Origin: an uncultured virus (IMG/VR IMGVR_UViG_3300025009_000079)
Lineage: Duplodnaviria; Heunggongvirae; Uroviricota; Caudoviricetes
IMG/VR virus record: IMGVR_UViG_3300025009_000079
Length of the DNA: 64,000 bases
Direction: 5' to 3' (one strand)
Below, one piece after another: positions 39,308 to 48,627 of the stretch. The translations under genes were made by a program, and so were the position numbers. The notes below the pieces were generated by a model. The model saw only the letters and a list, made by a program, of their open reading frames with translations. It made no database searches and was not told where the DNA came from. The stretch's first letter is position 1. Every line of letters starts with the position of its first letter.

Positions 39308-42013
39308 TCATCGCTTATCACTTCCGACCGATTTATAATACTGCCGTCCCTCGTGCCTCTCAACCGGGGCATTCGTCTTCCCAGCCTTGAAGTACGGGTT
39401 CTTGAGCAACGCTTCCCACACCATATTGAAATGGCTGTATTTTTGTTGGGGATTATCCTTCGCGTCCTTCAAGGTGGAGTTTCTTGAATCGGCCCACACG
39501 TCCCAAGACCACTTCTTCATGTGCTCCACGGCGTTCTTGCAGGTCGAAAACAGCCACAAAGTGGGGAGTCTTTTGGTGCTCCCGTCCCTGGTAACGAGAT
39601 TATTGAAGGGACGCCCGACCAATCGGCTGTTCTGGAGCCTCATTTTGATCTCATTCCGGCCCACAAGCCCCTTTGTGTCCCATGGGGTCCAGTATCCCCC
39701 GGTCCCATTCCCAGACTTCTTTAGCTCCAGCGATATCCGATTAATATCGTCCAGTAGGGTGATGGTATCCTTCTGAATCGTCCTTGCCTCCGGGTCCAGG
39801 AGGTTGATTTTGAATCTGTGGTCCATGCACCTTGAGGAAAATTCGTCCATGATGTCGAGCGTTGTGAATTTGTCCGGACTCATCCACGCTTCGGTCCATA
39901 TGAACATCTCATTGGTCGGGCTCATGGATGCCGCGCCGCATGCCCAATTCACATGGGGATGGATGTCTATCCCGCGCCCGTGGGTCCAAAACTGAGGGAT
40001 TCCATGAGGGAAATACTCGTTCTCGTCAATCTCGTGGATGCGCGAATCATACATCTTGAAGATTCGGCCGCTTGCCTGCCGGAAGATTCCATATCGCCTT
40101 GTGGCCTCCGTGTCAGGATCATCGTAGGTCAGTTTGCTCTTGATGGCTTCCATGTCGAGAGTTGGGTTGTCGTCGGTAGCGGCTTGCAGGACGGCTATCG
40201 TGGTCGGTTCTTTGGTCTTTTGGACCTGATCCGTCTTGGTATCCTCACCTTGGGTCTTGTAGAAATCGCAGATTGCCGGCGTTCTGATGTAGATAGCCGC
40301 CTGCTCGAAAAGTTCTGAGAAGGTCCAGGTTACTTTTTGGGCAGGAGTTAGGAATATTTGCATCTCACCGTTTTCTGCAATCAGCCGTGGAAGCTGTTCT
40401 TCCCAAAATGCTTCACCGGGCTCTTCATCGCAACTCACGGCGAGCCGCTGAGATCCAGCACCAGACTGGACGTCTTGGCTATACGACACAAATTCAACCA
40501 CTATGTCGGGTCCATCGTAAGCTACCGCTTTATCACCCAATCCAAAAACTTCACCCTTGTTAGGGTTCGTTATGATGATTGCCTTTGTTCTGGCCGTAAT
40601 GTCCCTCTTTAACAGAAATGGAGGCAACCATTTTTTTAGCTCGGGATAGGTCCGATTTCTGATTTCTGCACTCTCTGCACCCGACCCCTCTTTATCCTCT
40701 GGTAGATTTTCAGACGCCATCCTGAACGTTGTGGTCCCGCGCTTGTGAATGTAGATCGGCTCTCCGCACTCCGGGCACATCATATCTTTCGGGAAGGCTA
40801 TCTTTTTCGGCATAACATTTTGGTTTTTTGTCCAAAAACAATCTCCTGGTCTCACGTTGAAGTGGTGAAATCCAGGCCACGGAGCCGGTCTTGTAAACTC
40901 ATGACCGTTCTTGCACTCGAAAAACAGAACATTCTTCCTCGGGCACGGATGACTTCCAAGGAATTTCAAGACATTGCTGTATGCCATATAGCAGGACTTG
41001 CCGCTGTTGTGATGAATTACGCCGTTGTGGATGTAGTTGTGAAGCCCCGGAACCTCAAAATCCCATTTGACTCCTTCGCCTACTTTGACTATTGTGGAAA
41101 CCAAGGCGAACGAGGAAGGAGTTGATAATGCGAGTGAGTAAGGGTGGCTTGATCGGTCGCCCCCCCAAAGATTGGCCGATTGAGGAAATACGACGCCACG
41201 TGGAAGACCTTGGCTGGACCCACAGGGCGACAGGCAAGAAGCTTGGAGTGAACGAGAAGTATGTCTCGACCCTCTGCAAGAGGCACGGGATACAGTCTCA
41301 GCGCAGAGGTCCGAGAAGTGGACCTGGGCACCCCGATTGGGAAGGAGGTCTTTCGATAAGAAAGGGGTACGCCTATGTGTGGTTCCCGGAGCACCCGTTC
41401 TCAACCAAGGGAGGGTATGTTCTTCGGTCTCATTTGGTGATGGAAGACAAGTTGGAGAGATATCTTCAGCCTGGTGAAGTGGTCCACCACATGAACAACG
41501 ACACTCTAGATGATGACCCTGACAACCTCTTTCTGTTCCGGTCGAATGGACTTCATTTGAAGTATACACGGACTGGGAAAATTCCGAATTGGACTGAGGA
41601 CGGCATAGCGCGTATCCGGGCCGCAACTCAGAGACGCGAAGCCAACCGGAAGGCGTTAAAACAATGTGACCAGGAGCAGCAAGGAACGAACTCCCGTCCC
41701 GAAGACTAACCTTGTAGATATCATCCATTCCCTTTGAGAATGGCTCGTTCGCCTTGGCAACAACAACTTTCTCTCCATCCCACGCCTCAACGTGGAACGA
41801 TCCGGTTATTGTCTGGATCTCTTTAGATTCACCAGTAACCGGGTCAAAAATCTTACTCCCCTCGGCCAAGCATTGGTTTCCACAAAAAAGGCATACCCTG
41901 TCGTATTTGTATGGCAAAAGTAACGCCTGCCTCATGAGCCAAGTCATCTTGTAGCTCAAGAAAACCGAGAAGTCGTTAAGCTGTTTTACGGCTAGATCGT
42001 TGTCACTACTCAC
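39308..42013 (-). CDS. terL: Terminase large subunit with intein in Walker A (612 aa after splicing)
   Basis: GNQ|SGKS Walker A, VSCDEEP Walker B, FLTP, DNPTL, RGID nuclease motif. Confidence 0.92.
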   Translation of the reverse strand: MSSDNDLAVKQLNDFSVFLSYKMTWLMRQALLLPYKYDRVCLFCGNQCLAEGSKIFDPVTGESKEIQTITGSFHVEAWDGEKVVVAKANEPFSKGMDDIYKVSLRDGSSFLAAPGHIVLTPSGWLRVSELRPGYALCRPQSNSEFSQSVYTSNEVHSTGTERGCQGHHLECRCSCGGPLHQAEDISPTCLPSPNETEEHTLPWLRTGAPGTTHRRTPFLSKDLLPNRGAQVHFSDLCAETVSRASCRGSRHTSRSLQASCLSPCGSSQGLPRGVVFPQSANLWGGDRSSHPYSLALSTPSSFALVSTIVKVGEGVKWDFEVPGLHNYIHNGVIHHNSGKSCYMAYSNVLKFLGSHPCPRKNVLFFECKNGHEFTRPAPWPGFHHFNVRPGDCFWTKNQNVMPKKIAFPKDMMCPECGEPIYIHKRGTTTFRMASENLPEDKEGSGAESAEIRNRTYPELKKWLPPFLLKRDITARTKAIIITNPNKGEVFGLGDKAVAYDGPDIVVEFVSYSQDVQSGAGSQRLAVSCDEEPGEAFWEEQLPRLIAENGEMQIFLTPAQKVTWTFSELFEQAAIYIRTPAICDFYKTQGEDTKTDQVQKTKEPTTIAVLQAATDDNPTLDMEAIKSKLTYDDPDTEATRRYGIFRQASGRIFKMYDSRIHEIDENEYFPHGIPQFWTHGRGIDIHPHVNWACGAASMSPTNEMFIWTEAWMSPDKFTTLDIMDEFSSRCMDHRFKINLLDPEARTIQKDTITLLDDINRISLELKKSGNGTGGYWTPWDTKGLVGRNEIKMRLQNSRLVGRPFNNLVTRDGSTKRLPTLWLFSTCKNAVEHMKKWSWDVWADSRNSTLKDAKDNPQQKYSHFNMVWEALLKNPYFKAGKTNAPVERHEGRQYYKSVGSDKR
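41067..41095 (+). promoter_or_regulatory. Sigma70-like promoter for the antisense HNH gene
   Basis: TTGACT-17 bp-TATTGT. Confidence 0.6.
41128..41709 (+). CDS. HTH-HNH endonuclease nested antisense inside the TerL intein
   Basis: AAGGAG SD 6 nt before ATG; GHPDWEGG, GYVLRSHLVME, EVVHHMNNDTLDDDPDNL. Confidence 0.88.
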   Translation: MRVSKGGLIGRPPKDWPIEEIRRHVEDLGWTHRATGKKLGVNEKYVSTLCKRHGIQSQRRGPRSGPGHPDWEGGLSIRKGYAYVWFPEHPFSTKGGYVLRSHLVMEDKLERYLQPGEVVHHMNNDTLDDDPDNLFLFRSNGLHLKYTRTGKIPNWTEDGIARIRAATQRREANRKALKQCDQEQQGTNSRPED

Positions 42014-42249
42014 TACTTCTTCTTCCCCTTGGGTCTTCTTGCCACGGCTTGAAGATTCTTCGCTTCTTGGATAACTTTGGATGCCATTTGCTTTGCTTGG
42101 GTTTCAGCGGCCCTCATCCTTTTCGCATCACTTGCGATTTCTTGAGCCCTGGCCAATGTCCTGGCATCATCCTCGGCACGCCATTTCTTCTCTTCCTTGT
42201 TCATTTTCATTGAATTGCCTGCCCGTATTGGTGGTGAACATCCATTCAT
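42013..42249 (-). CDS. Small basic protein
   Basis: WRAEDDARTLARAQEI; coupled to terL. Confidence 0.65.
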   Translation of the reverse strand: MNGCSPPIRAGNSMKMNKEEKKWRAEDDARTLARAQEIASDAKRMRAAETQAKQMASKVIQEAKNLQAVARRPKGKKK

Positions 42250-42383
42250 CCCTTCTTCCCCTTGGTCCAGCCGCCGCCCTTCTTGCGTTTCACGCCGGTC
42301 GATTCAGAACACACAGCCCACGCTTTCACCTTGGGACTTTTCTTCTTCACTTTCTTGACGCATCTCTCGATCTTGGCGGGCAT
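42246..42383 (-). CDS. Small Lys-rich protein
   Basis: MPAKIERCVKKV...AWAVC. Confidence 0.6.
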   Translation of the reverse strand: MPAKIERCVKKVKKKSPKVKAWAVCSESTGVKRKKGGGWTKGKKG

Positions 42384-42668
42384 TTCCCTTCTCCCAAAAG
42401 TGATCCTTGGATTCGTTAGGAATGACCGTTGCCAGTTCTCCCGACAAAAACCATTTATGTGAATTACCCAGCCATTCGTCCGCCCAAAACTCAACATCGA
42501 CTTCATTCCCGCTACGATCACGCCATACAGGGCTGGACAATGTGACATTATGGAAATGTGCCACTTCGCTAACGCTCCCCCCTCGCTTCAATATCACGGG
42601 GTAACACCCTTTATGATTCGGCATTTTATCGGGATACTTAATCCATGGCTTTTCTTTGGCCGGCATGG

Positions 42669-42773
42669 CTACATCTTACCCTTCTTCATCTTCTTTTTGC
42701 CCTTCTGCTTTTTGCCGCCCGACATCTTCTTGTCCTTCGGCATTCCCTCATTCATCATGCATTTTTTTGCCAT
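42669..42773 (-). CDS. Small Lys/Met-rich peptide
   Basis: AGGAG SD; MAKKC...KKGKM. Confidence 0.5.
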   Translation of the reverse strand: MAKKCMMNEGMPKDKKMSGGKKQKGKKKMKKGKM

Positions 42774-43197
42774 GTTGCACTTCTCCTTTCTCGGCATGAA
42801 CAGCGTTACTCTTCTCCCAGATGACATTTTCAAGAATCCTGACCACGGCATGTCTCGCCGCATCGAATTCTTCCCTGTCCCAATTCCTGGAGCCAGCAAG
42901 CACGTCCATGGGTTCAAGCAAAAGCTCGCACACCTCATGGAAGGCGTCCCTTCGGATATTCTCGTCGGTCGGAGGATTCGCTATTGGATGCTCCCACGTT
43001 TTTGCCATGCAGATTGACGCGATGCGGTCACAATACTTTGCCGATAACCACGCCTTTGCTCCGGATGGTTTACCTTCATCGGTATGCAGAACGCGGACAC
43101 CCCATCCCTTGAGACCGAAAACATCAAGCCACTTGTTGGCTTCTTCACGGAAAACATTGAAATGTTCATCGGTTGTTTCAATCTTCTCGTCACTCAT
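42748..43197 (-). CDS. Zincin-like hypothetical protein
   Basis: AFHEVCELLL degenerate HExxH. Confidence 0.55.
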   Translation of the reverse strand: MSDEKIETTDEHFNVFREEANKWLDVFGLKGWGVRVLHTDEGKPSGAKAWLSAKYCDRIASICMAKTWEHPIANPPTDENIRRDAFHEVCELLLEPMDVLAGSRNWDREEFDAARHAVVRILENVIWEKSNAVHAEKGEVQHGKKMHDE

Positions 43198-43484
43198 TAT
43201 TTTCCCTTCGGGAGGAAGAAAGATTGCAGTCCACCACTACCCGACAACTCAAGAAACTTACCGCCAAGCCCCCCACCAACCACGATAGCCGTAATCATGA
43301 CAATGCCCCATGGGACGTCGGGGATGGCCGGTGGATTCGACTTCCAGGCCACGATACCCAGGATGACAATTAAGCCGGCGAACCACATGACCTTGATGAG
43401 CCTGTTGGAGCTTCCGTTACCCTTCTCGTCTTCGAGGATTCCGGCCGGTTTGATCTCTGGACATTCCGGCTGTTCTTCTGCCAT
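43197..43484 (-). CDS. Two-TM membrane protein, holin candidate
   Basis: Two hydrophobic segments after GNGSSNRL. Confidence 0.55.
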   Translation of the reverse strand: MAEEQPECPEIKPAGILEDEKGNGSSNRLIKVMWFAGLIVILGIVAWKSNPPAIPDVPWGIVMITAIVVGGGLGGKFLELSGSGGLQSFFLPKGK

Positions 43485-43789
43485 TAGAATGATCCCTCAT
43501 TATGAGCCGTCCCGCCACATTTTGCGCACAGCATACTCATTCTAACGGGTTCGGCTGGCTCTGCCCAGATAATCATGCACGTATCGCATGCCAATTTCTG
43601 CCAACCCTTGATGTCTTCCATGGAAAAACCTTGGTCAATAATATCGTCCATCTCCATGCTTTCTGAGTCTTGGAGCGTATCCGCGCTCGTCGGAACATGG
43701 CTCGTGATCTCCGCAAACTTCACGCTCTTTACAAGATCTTCCAGGAACATGGGCTCGTAGCTCTCGGTCAAAATGTCTCTCCCTCTCAA
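43484..43789 (-). CDS. Zinc-ribbon protein
   Basis: CDTC...CAKC. Confidence 0.5.
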   Translation of the reverse strand: MRGRDILTESYEPMFLEDLVKSVKFAEITSHVPTSADTLQDSESMEMDDIIDQGFSMEDIKGWQKLACDTCMIIWAEPAEPVRMSMLCAKCGGTAHNEGSF

Positions 43790-43938
43790 TCTCTCCTGGC
43801 CGAAGACTCAGCCACTCGCCGCCGCAATGGATGCACCGCTCCACCCACCGCCCCGCAGGATTCTCGGTACGGACCATAGTCCCTTCTCGGTATCCTGCTT
43901 TCGTTGAGATGTGGACTGCGTTGCATTCTGGCATGGCG

Positions 43939-44136
43939 TCAGAATGCCTCTATCCGTTCAGCCAGCACCACGGAATAATCGGTCATGATGGATGATTGCC
44001 TTCTCAATCGACCTTGTTCTGCTTGGGGAAGTTGGGCAAAAACCGGATTATCGAAGAATGCTATCAACTTCACAAGCTTGTCGTCCAATTCGGTTTTTTC
44101 GTCTACGACTCTCTGTTGATATTCATGTATTATCAT
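43939..44136 (-). CDS. Small phage coiled-coil protein
   Basis: YQQRVVDEKTELDDKLVKL...Q...M..YS.VL.ERI. Confidence 0.7.
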   Translation of the reverse strand: MIIHEYQQRVVDEKTELDDKLVKLIAFFDNPVFAQLPQAEQGRLRRQSSIMTDYSVVLAERIEAF

Positions 44137-44263
44137 TTTGGTCCTCCAGCCAGACACGATATTCTTAAAGTTAGCGGTGTTCCTATGGTTACAACAACTG
44201 CATCCCCTCCCCCCAATTATTTTCATGGCTCACTCCCACATTGGTCGATACGGCTTCATCGCC

Positions 44264-44617
44264 CTATGCACTCATGATTCTATCGGCCGTAGCCATTAAT
44301 CCATCCATGATACATCGTAAGCACGGCATAGACTCTCGCGTGCAATCGCCTCTGTGCTCTTGGTTTAATCCAGGCACCCATCCGTTGATCCATTTTTGCT
44401 TCAGTTCAACAAAATCTTTGTCGGGTAGATCTTCAATGGCTTCATCTTCTTTTAGCCACGTATCTAGATAGAGCATAAAGGCTATTGTATTTCTGTCGAG
44501 AATCATTCCCACATACTCCTGAACGGCCTCATCGCCCAAGTCCAAAGCCAGTCCCAACCGAGTCGAGATATGATTGACTCGGCATCGCACAACTCGTGCC
44601 GCTCGCGCATTCGGCAC
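44264..44617 (-). CDS. Hypothetical protein
   Basis: EHRGDCTRESMPCLRC; start uncertain. Confidence 0.5.
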   Translation of the reverse strand: MPNARAARVVRCRVNHISTRLGLALDLGDEAVQEYVGMILDRNTIAFMLYLDTWLKEDEAIEDLPDKDFVELKQKWINGWVPGLNQEHRGDCTRESMPCLRCIMDGLMATADRIMSA

Positions 44618-44658
44618 GCCGCGCAGCCGCAGTTTAAAATTCTGTGTATTTCCATGGT

Positions 44659-44934
44659 CTACCCCGCCGTTCCGATTGACGGATACAAATCCTCTGTGCT
44701 CGGCGTAACCGTTGGACGCAACTCGCCGTCAGGACCGATCAGCCCGCCAGCAGAATAAGTCACAGTCGGATAAACGGTGATGGGCTGCGCGGGATAAGAC
44801 GGCCAAACAGGAACGTAGGGTGTCTGATTTCCGGCCTTGGCAACCATCTCTTGAAGTTCAACGATCTTCTCCAAGAGTTTCACTTTTTCTCTGAGGTGTT
44901 CTATTTCTTTTTCTTGGTCGGTCATAATCTCCAC
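44659..44934 (-). CDS. Hypothetical protein
   Basis: Coil plus Pro-rich tail. Confidence 0.55.
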   Translation of the reverse strand: MEIMTDQEKEIEHLREKVKLLEKIVELQEMVAKAGNQTPYVPVWPSYPAQPITVYPTVTYSAGGLIGPDGELRPTVTPSTEDLYPSIGTAG

Positions 44935-45091
44935 CCCTTTACAACCCCTCGGCCCGGTAATCCCTAATCAAATCTATTGCCGTGAAAGTGACAACCGCCA
45001 CAGCAATGAGAGGCATGGACCACCAAGGCCATGGTATATCCTCATGATCCAGTTTGGCATTACCCAAGTGTTTCAGCAATGTCGTCATAGT

Positions 45092-45349
45092 CTAAAGCCC
45101 CGCAGCCCCGGCACCCATCGGAAGAGTGGCCGTGGCCTCCCGCGCCGTCTCGATATCGACCGTGCGCGTGGTGTTGCCGATGTTGATCTGGACGGCCGGA
45201 ACACCGCGACCCTCGGCGTCAACAGTTGCAACCGCCGTCATGCCGGGAGGAAGGGTTATCGTAATCTTGGCGTCCCGCATGTTGGCGCCACTGGCGCAGG
45301 CGCAGAGAGTCAACGCCATAACCATCAAAATCAATGCCTTGAACCTCAT
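45092..45349 (-). CDS. Putative lipoprotein
   Basis: MRFKALILMVMALTLCAC. Confidence 0.6.
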   Translation of the reverse strand: MRFKALILMVMALTLCACASGANMRDAKITITLPPGMTAVATVDAEGRGVPAVQINIGNTTRTVDIETAREATATLPMGAGAAGL

Positions 45350-45810
45350 ATCATCCCCCTCAATCCCCGGAAGTATCCCAAGAGATACTCCCGGTCGCAT
45401 GAATCAAGCGCCGAGCCCGCCGTTCGCCCCCTGCCAAAAATGGCGATGTATCCAAGCCGAGCCCGCACTTCTCGGGAACTTATCCCCTTTTGAAGCGCGG
45501 ATACCAGAAGGTCCATGGTCACAACGTCCTGCTCTAGCACCACGATTGCGGCCTTTACCGCCTTCCTAGCATCCGACTTGTCCTCCGGATTTTGCAGCAG
45601 GTACTCGCTCAGGCCGATTGCGCCGGCCGCCATGGCGATATCAATACCGGGTTGGGATTGCATGGAGTTTTCACAACCTGGCTTGACCTGGACCGGCGCG
45701 CAACCCGAAAAGAAAAGTAGTCCCCACATAAAAATTAGCGCCATCGTCCCCGCCGCCATTACCCCGATTGCCCGTTCAACTCTGCATGCCTTTGTGTGCC
45801 GAATCGTCAC
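45346..45810 (-). CDS. Putative lipoprotein
   Basis: LLFFSGC lipobox. Confidence 0.6.
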   Translation of the reverse strand: MTIRHTKACRVERAIGVMAAGTMALIFMWGLLFFSGCAPVQVKPGCENSMQSQPGIDIAMAAGAIGLSEYLLQNPEDKSDARKAVKAAIVVLEQDVVTMDLLVSALQKGISSREVRARLGYIAIFGRGRTAGSALDSCDREYLLGYFRGLRGMI

Positions 45811-46385
45811 TATTTCTCTCCTTCAATGTTCCTGAGAATTATCTTGGCGTCCAGGACCAGCCCTGAATGAGTGTGCCTGTCGAACCTGACTTCTCCGTCC
45901 ACGATGCGAGCCGACAGCCGCTCAAATCCGTTGGCCATATCGCCCCTAATTCCATCATGATACGTCGAGCCGTGTCCGAATCGCTGCCAAATGGCGAACG
46001 AGAGCAAGTAGACCATCGCCACGAGAAGGGGGACCAACTGCCAGACCAAGAATCTGGAACAGATGAACTCATCGTAGAAGCATGGCTCGTATATCATCAC
46101 CCACTGAGAAATGAACCGAACGCATTGATTGACGCCGATTGCGAAAAGCAGCACCGTGATCCACTTGAAAATACTGGATGCCGACCCCTTGACTCTCCAC
46201 CAGTCCGCGAACATGACGGCGCAAATAAGGCAAATCCCGGCGATGATCCCATGATAAAGCAGAAGCGCGTCGGCTATTTTGTAGTGGTCGATGAGCGTGA
46301 CCGCACCGATAATCCCGCTGGAAACGGCCCAAAAGAAAGCTATCCTGTATCCATTCAGGACCGATCTATTTCTTTGGGTAGTCAC
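45810..46385 (-). CDS. Multi-pass membrane protein
   Basis: Four hydrophobic segments. Confidence 0.65.
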   Translation of the reverse strand: MTTQRNRSVLNGYRIAFFWAVSSGIIGAVTLIDHYKIADALLLYHGIIAGICLICAVMFADWWRVKGSASSIFKWITVLLFAIGVNQCVRFISQWVMIYEPCFYDEFICSRFLVWQLVPLLVAMVYLLSFAIWQRFGHGSTYHDGIRGDMANGFERLSARIVDGEVRFDRHTHSGLVLDAKIILRNIEGEK

Positions 46386-46553
46386 AATATCGCCTTCTCC
46401 TCTCCAATGGAATTAGCCAGTCATCTTCACCATCGAGCATTGCCCGGCTTTCGTCCACGGCTTTCCGAGCCTCGGCCAAAACCTCCTTGGATCTCTCGCG
46501 CTCCTCCCGCCAAAAGTCGCCGCTCCAAATATCCACCAGGGTGCGAAGTAACT

Positions 46554-46760
46554 TCATCGGTCTCGCTCCCCGTCCCGATCTATCCTGCATAATTGACGGA
46601 GCATAGTGGCCATTTCCGCCATCAATGCCCGTTCTTCCGTGCGTTGATGCAGGCGTTCCGATTCCTGATCCACAATCCTGGATAGCAACCGAAACAACAT
46701 CCAGATCACACCCGCGGCCAGGAGGAGGCCAGGAACCTCGAAGAGTTTTACCCATTCCAA
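46554..46760 (-). CDS. Single-TM coiled-coil protein (holin-like)
   Basis: N-terminal TM then charged coil. Confidence 0.55.
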   Translation of the reverse strand: MEWVKLFEVPGLLLAAGVIWMLFRLLSRIVDQESERLHQRTEERALMAEMATMLRQLCRIDRDGERDR

Positions 46761-46770
46761 CGCATCCGCC

Positions 46771-47012
46771 TCATCTGCTAGTCACCTTACCGATAAAGCT
46801 CTGAACCACCTCCAAGTGAGATCGCATCTGAAGCCCCGTGGCCGATAGATTACCGGCGACAATAGCCAAGTCGTGAGCCCCATTGGTGGGTAATGATTCC
46901 GATTTAGTGTGGACCAGATCCCAGAGTTTAGATTCGGCGAGAGCGGCCGCGCCCTTGGAAGATTCTATGTGGAGGAGGATATCGGCGAGAATAGGGGATA
47001 TTGACATGGTCA
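46771..47012 (-). CDS. Hypothetical protein
   Basis: Helical ORF; start uncertain. Confidence 0.4.
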
Positions 47013-47399
47013 TGGCCCGGCTTTCTTGCGCGCCCTGCCGACCGAAACGCGCCGACATCGAGAGCACTGATAGAGGCCGCGACTATGATACGCCCCGGTA
47101 TCAAGCCGAGACACGAAGTCGAAGAGATGAAACCATTTGCAGTCGAAAAAAACGCAAAGCCACCCCACGATTAGCCCCCTTCCTGCTTGGCTCTCCCCTG
47201 CATCGGGCTCCGGGGCCAGAAACCGGGAAAGGAGGGGATCAAAACCCGACTTTGACGGCCCGCTGGAGCCCTTAGCAAAAGGAAGCACGAACAACGCACA
47301 CTTGGCAAATACCCACATTTTCAGTTTGTGTCAAGGGCATGGATTGATGTATCCTGTGAATGGATTGACGGCAACCGCGCAAAAGAGGGGAATAAGAGC

Positions 47400-48323
47400 A
47401 TGAAGAAGGGTCTACCGCAAGACTACCACGAAGAATTGTTATCCCGCCAAGGCTTCGATAAACTCGGAGTATCCATCTACCGCAACTCAATCAAGGAACA
47501 TGAACGATTCGTCCCACCCGAAGACACGCGAGAAGAACAAATCCGTTCATGCCTTTGGCTCGTGCATTCCATGGCGGGCAAGTTTCTGGGCCGAGGCGTG
47601 GATTATGACGACCTAGTCTCGAGCGGCAACGAGGGACTGGTTTTCGCTACTACGAAGTTCAATCCGGTAGCCTACCCGGGAGTGAAGTTCGGCAGCTACG
47701 CGGTCTGGTGGATACGACAGCGCATGATCCAGGAGATCCACTATCGGAGTCGAACAATCAAAATTCCAACCAGGATCTACGAGGATTACCGCAAAATCAG
47801 GAATGCTGCCAGAGTCCACAGCCTCAGTCTTACCGACCCGTCCGATGCCGCCAAACTCCAAGAAGAATCCGGACTGTCGACCGACCGCATAGCCAAGGTG
47901 ATTGAACACTATGAGATCCAATGCTTGAGCCTGGACCACCCTCTCCACTTCGACCGTGGAGATAAGGGCGACAGTGACGCCTGCCTGGTTGACGGAATCC
48001 CAAGTGAAGCGCCCAGTCAAGAGGACCTATACCAAACCTACGAAGTTCACCAGCGGCTCGACTCCCTCATGGGTCGCTTGTCTCCCAGGGAGCGCGACAT
48101 CATCGAGCGTCGATGGGGATGTAACGGATATGGAGGCGAACCCCAAACCATGGGGGAATGCGCCGAGGCTCACGGCAACATATCCAGGCAGCGCGTCCAG
48201 CAGCTCGAAACCAGGGCCATGGGGAAGCTTCGGAGGGCGGCCGGCACCTCGGTTAAAATCGGCGCACGGAAAGACCCGGTACGCCGTACCAATCGCATGA
48301 AGAAGGAGGAATTACATGACTGA
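47400..48323 (+). CDS. Phage-encoded sigma70-family (RpoD/RpoS-like) factor
   Basis: Region 2 DLVSSGNEGL...KFGSYAVWWIRQ; region 3 LSLD; region 4 LSPRERDII...ISRQRVQQLETRAMGKLR. Confidence 0.93.
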   Translation: MKKGLPQDYHEELLSRQGFDKLGVSIYRNSIKEHERFVPPEDTREEQIRSCLWLVHSMAGKFLGRGVDYDDLVSSGNEGLVFATTKFNPVAYPGVKFGSYAVWWIRQRMIQEIHYRSRTIKIPTRIYEDYRKIRNAARVHSLSLTDPSDAAKLQEESGLSTDRIAKVIEHYEIQCLSLDHPLHFDRGDKGDSDACLVDGIPSEAPSQEDLYQTYEVHQRLDSLMGRLSPRERDIIERRWGCNGYGGEPQTMGECAEAHGNISRQRVQQLETRAMGKLRRAAGTSVKIGARKDPVRRTNRMKKEELHD

Positions 48324-48582
48324 AGACGAAGAACGTGAGAACTGGCACAACGGCATCGGCACGCTTTACCGAGAGTCGGACATCAAGGAGTTGGTCAACT
48401 GCCCACCAGAGCGTGACCTGGTTGACTGGCTCCAGGCCATGGATGCGGTTTGCACGGCGGCGAGTGGGGTTATCAAAACTGCCTACCCGATGAGCCAATG
48501 TGCCCATAAAACTTGGATACTTCGCGGGCAGGAAGAAGCCGAAGCCCTAGACCGAGCCCTTAACCGACTACTTCCCCACTGA
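48316..48582 (+). CDS. Hypothetical protein
   Basis: GGAGG SD, overlaps sigma stop. Confidence 0.6.
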   Translation: MTEDEERENWHNGIGTLYRESDIKELVNCPPERDLVDWLQAMDAVCTAASGVIKTAYPMSQCAHKTWILRGQEEAEALDRALNRLLPH

Positions 48583-48594
48583 TCCATGAACGAA

Positions 48595-48627
48595 AACGGC
48601 CGCTCCCACGTACAAGGAGCGGCCGTT
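48595..48627. terminator. Bidirectional terminator-like hairpin
   Basis: aacggccgctcc...ggagcggccgtt. Confidence 0.7.

Larger units (their letters stand above)
41006..41872 (-). mobile_element. Intein (289 aa) with no in-frame endonuclease
   Basis: Starts CLAEGSKI, block B APGHIVLTPSGWLRVSEL, ends WDFEVPGLHNYIHNGVIHHN followed by S. Confidence 0.93.

Noticed and set aside
41006..41872. Group I intron or frameshift as explanation for the terL insertion
   Set aside because: The frame is continuous and carries intact intein N- and C-terminal blocks.
47328..47399. Upstream start for the sigma factor
   Set aside because: ATG 47400 has the better SD; the extension has no sigma features.
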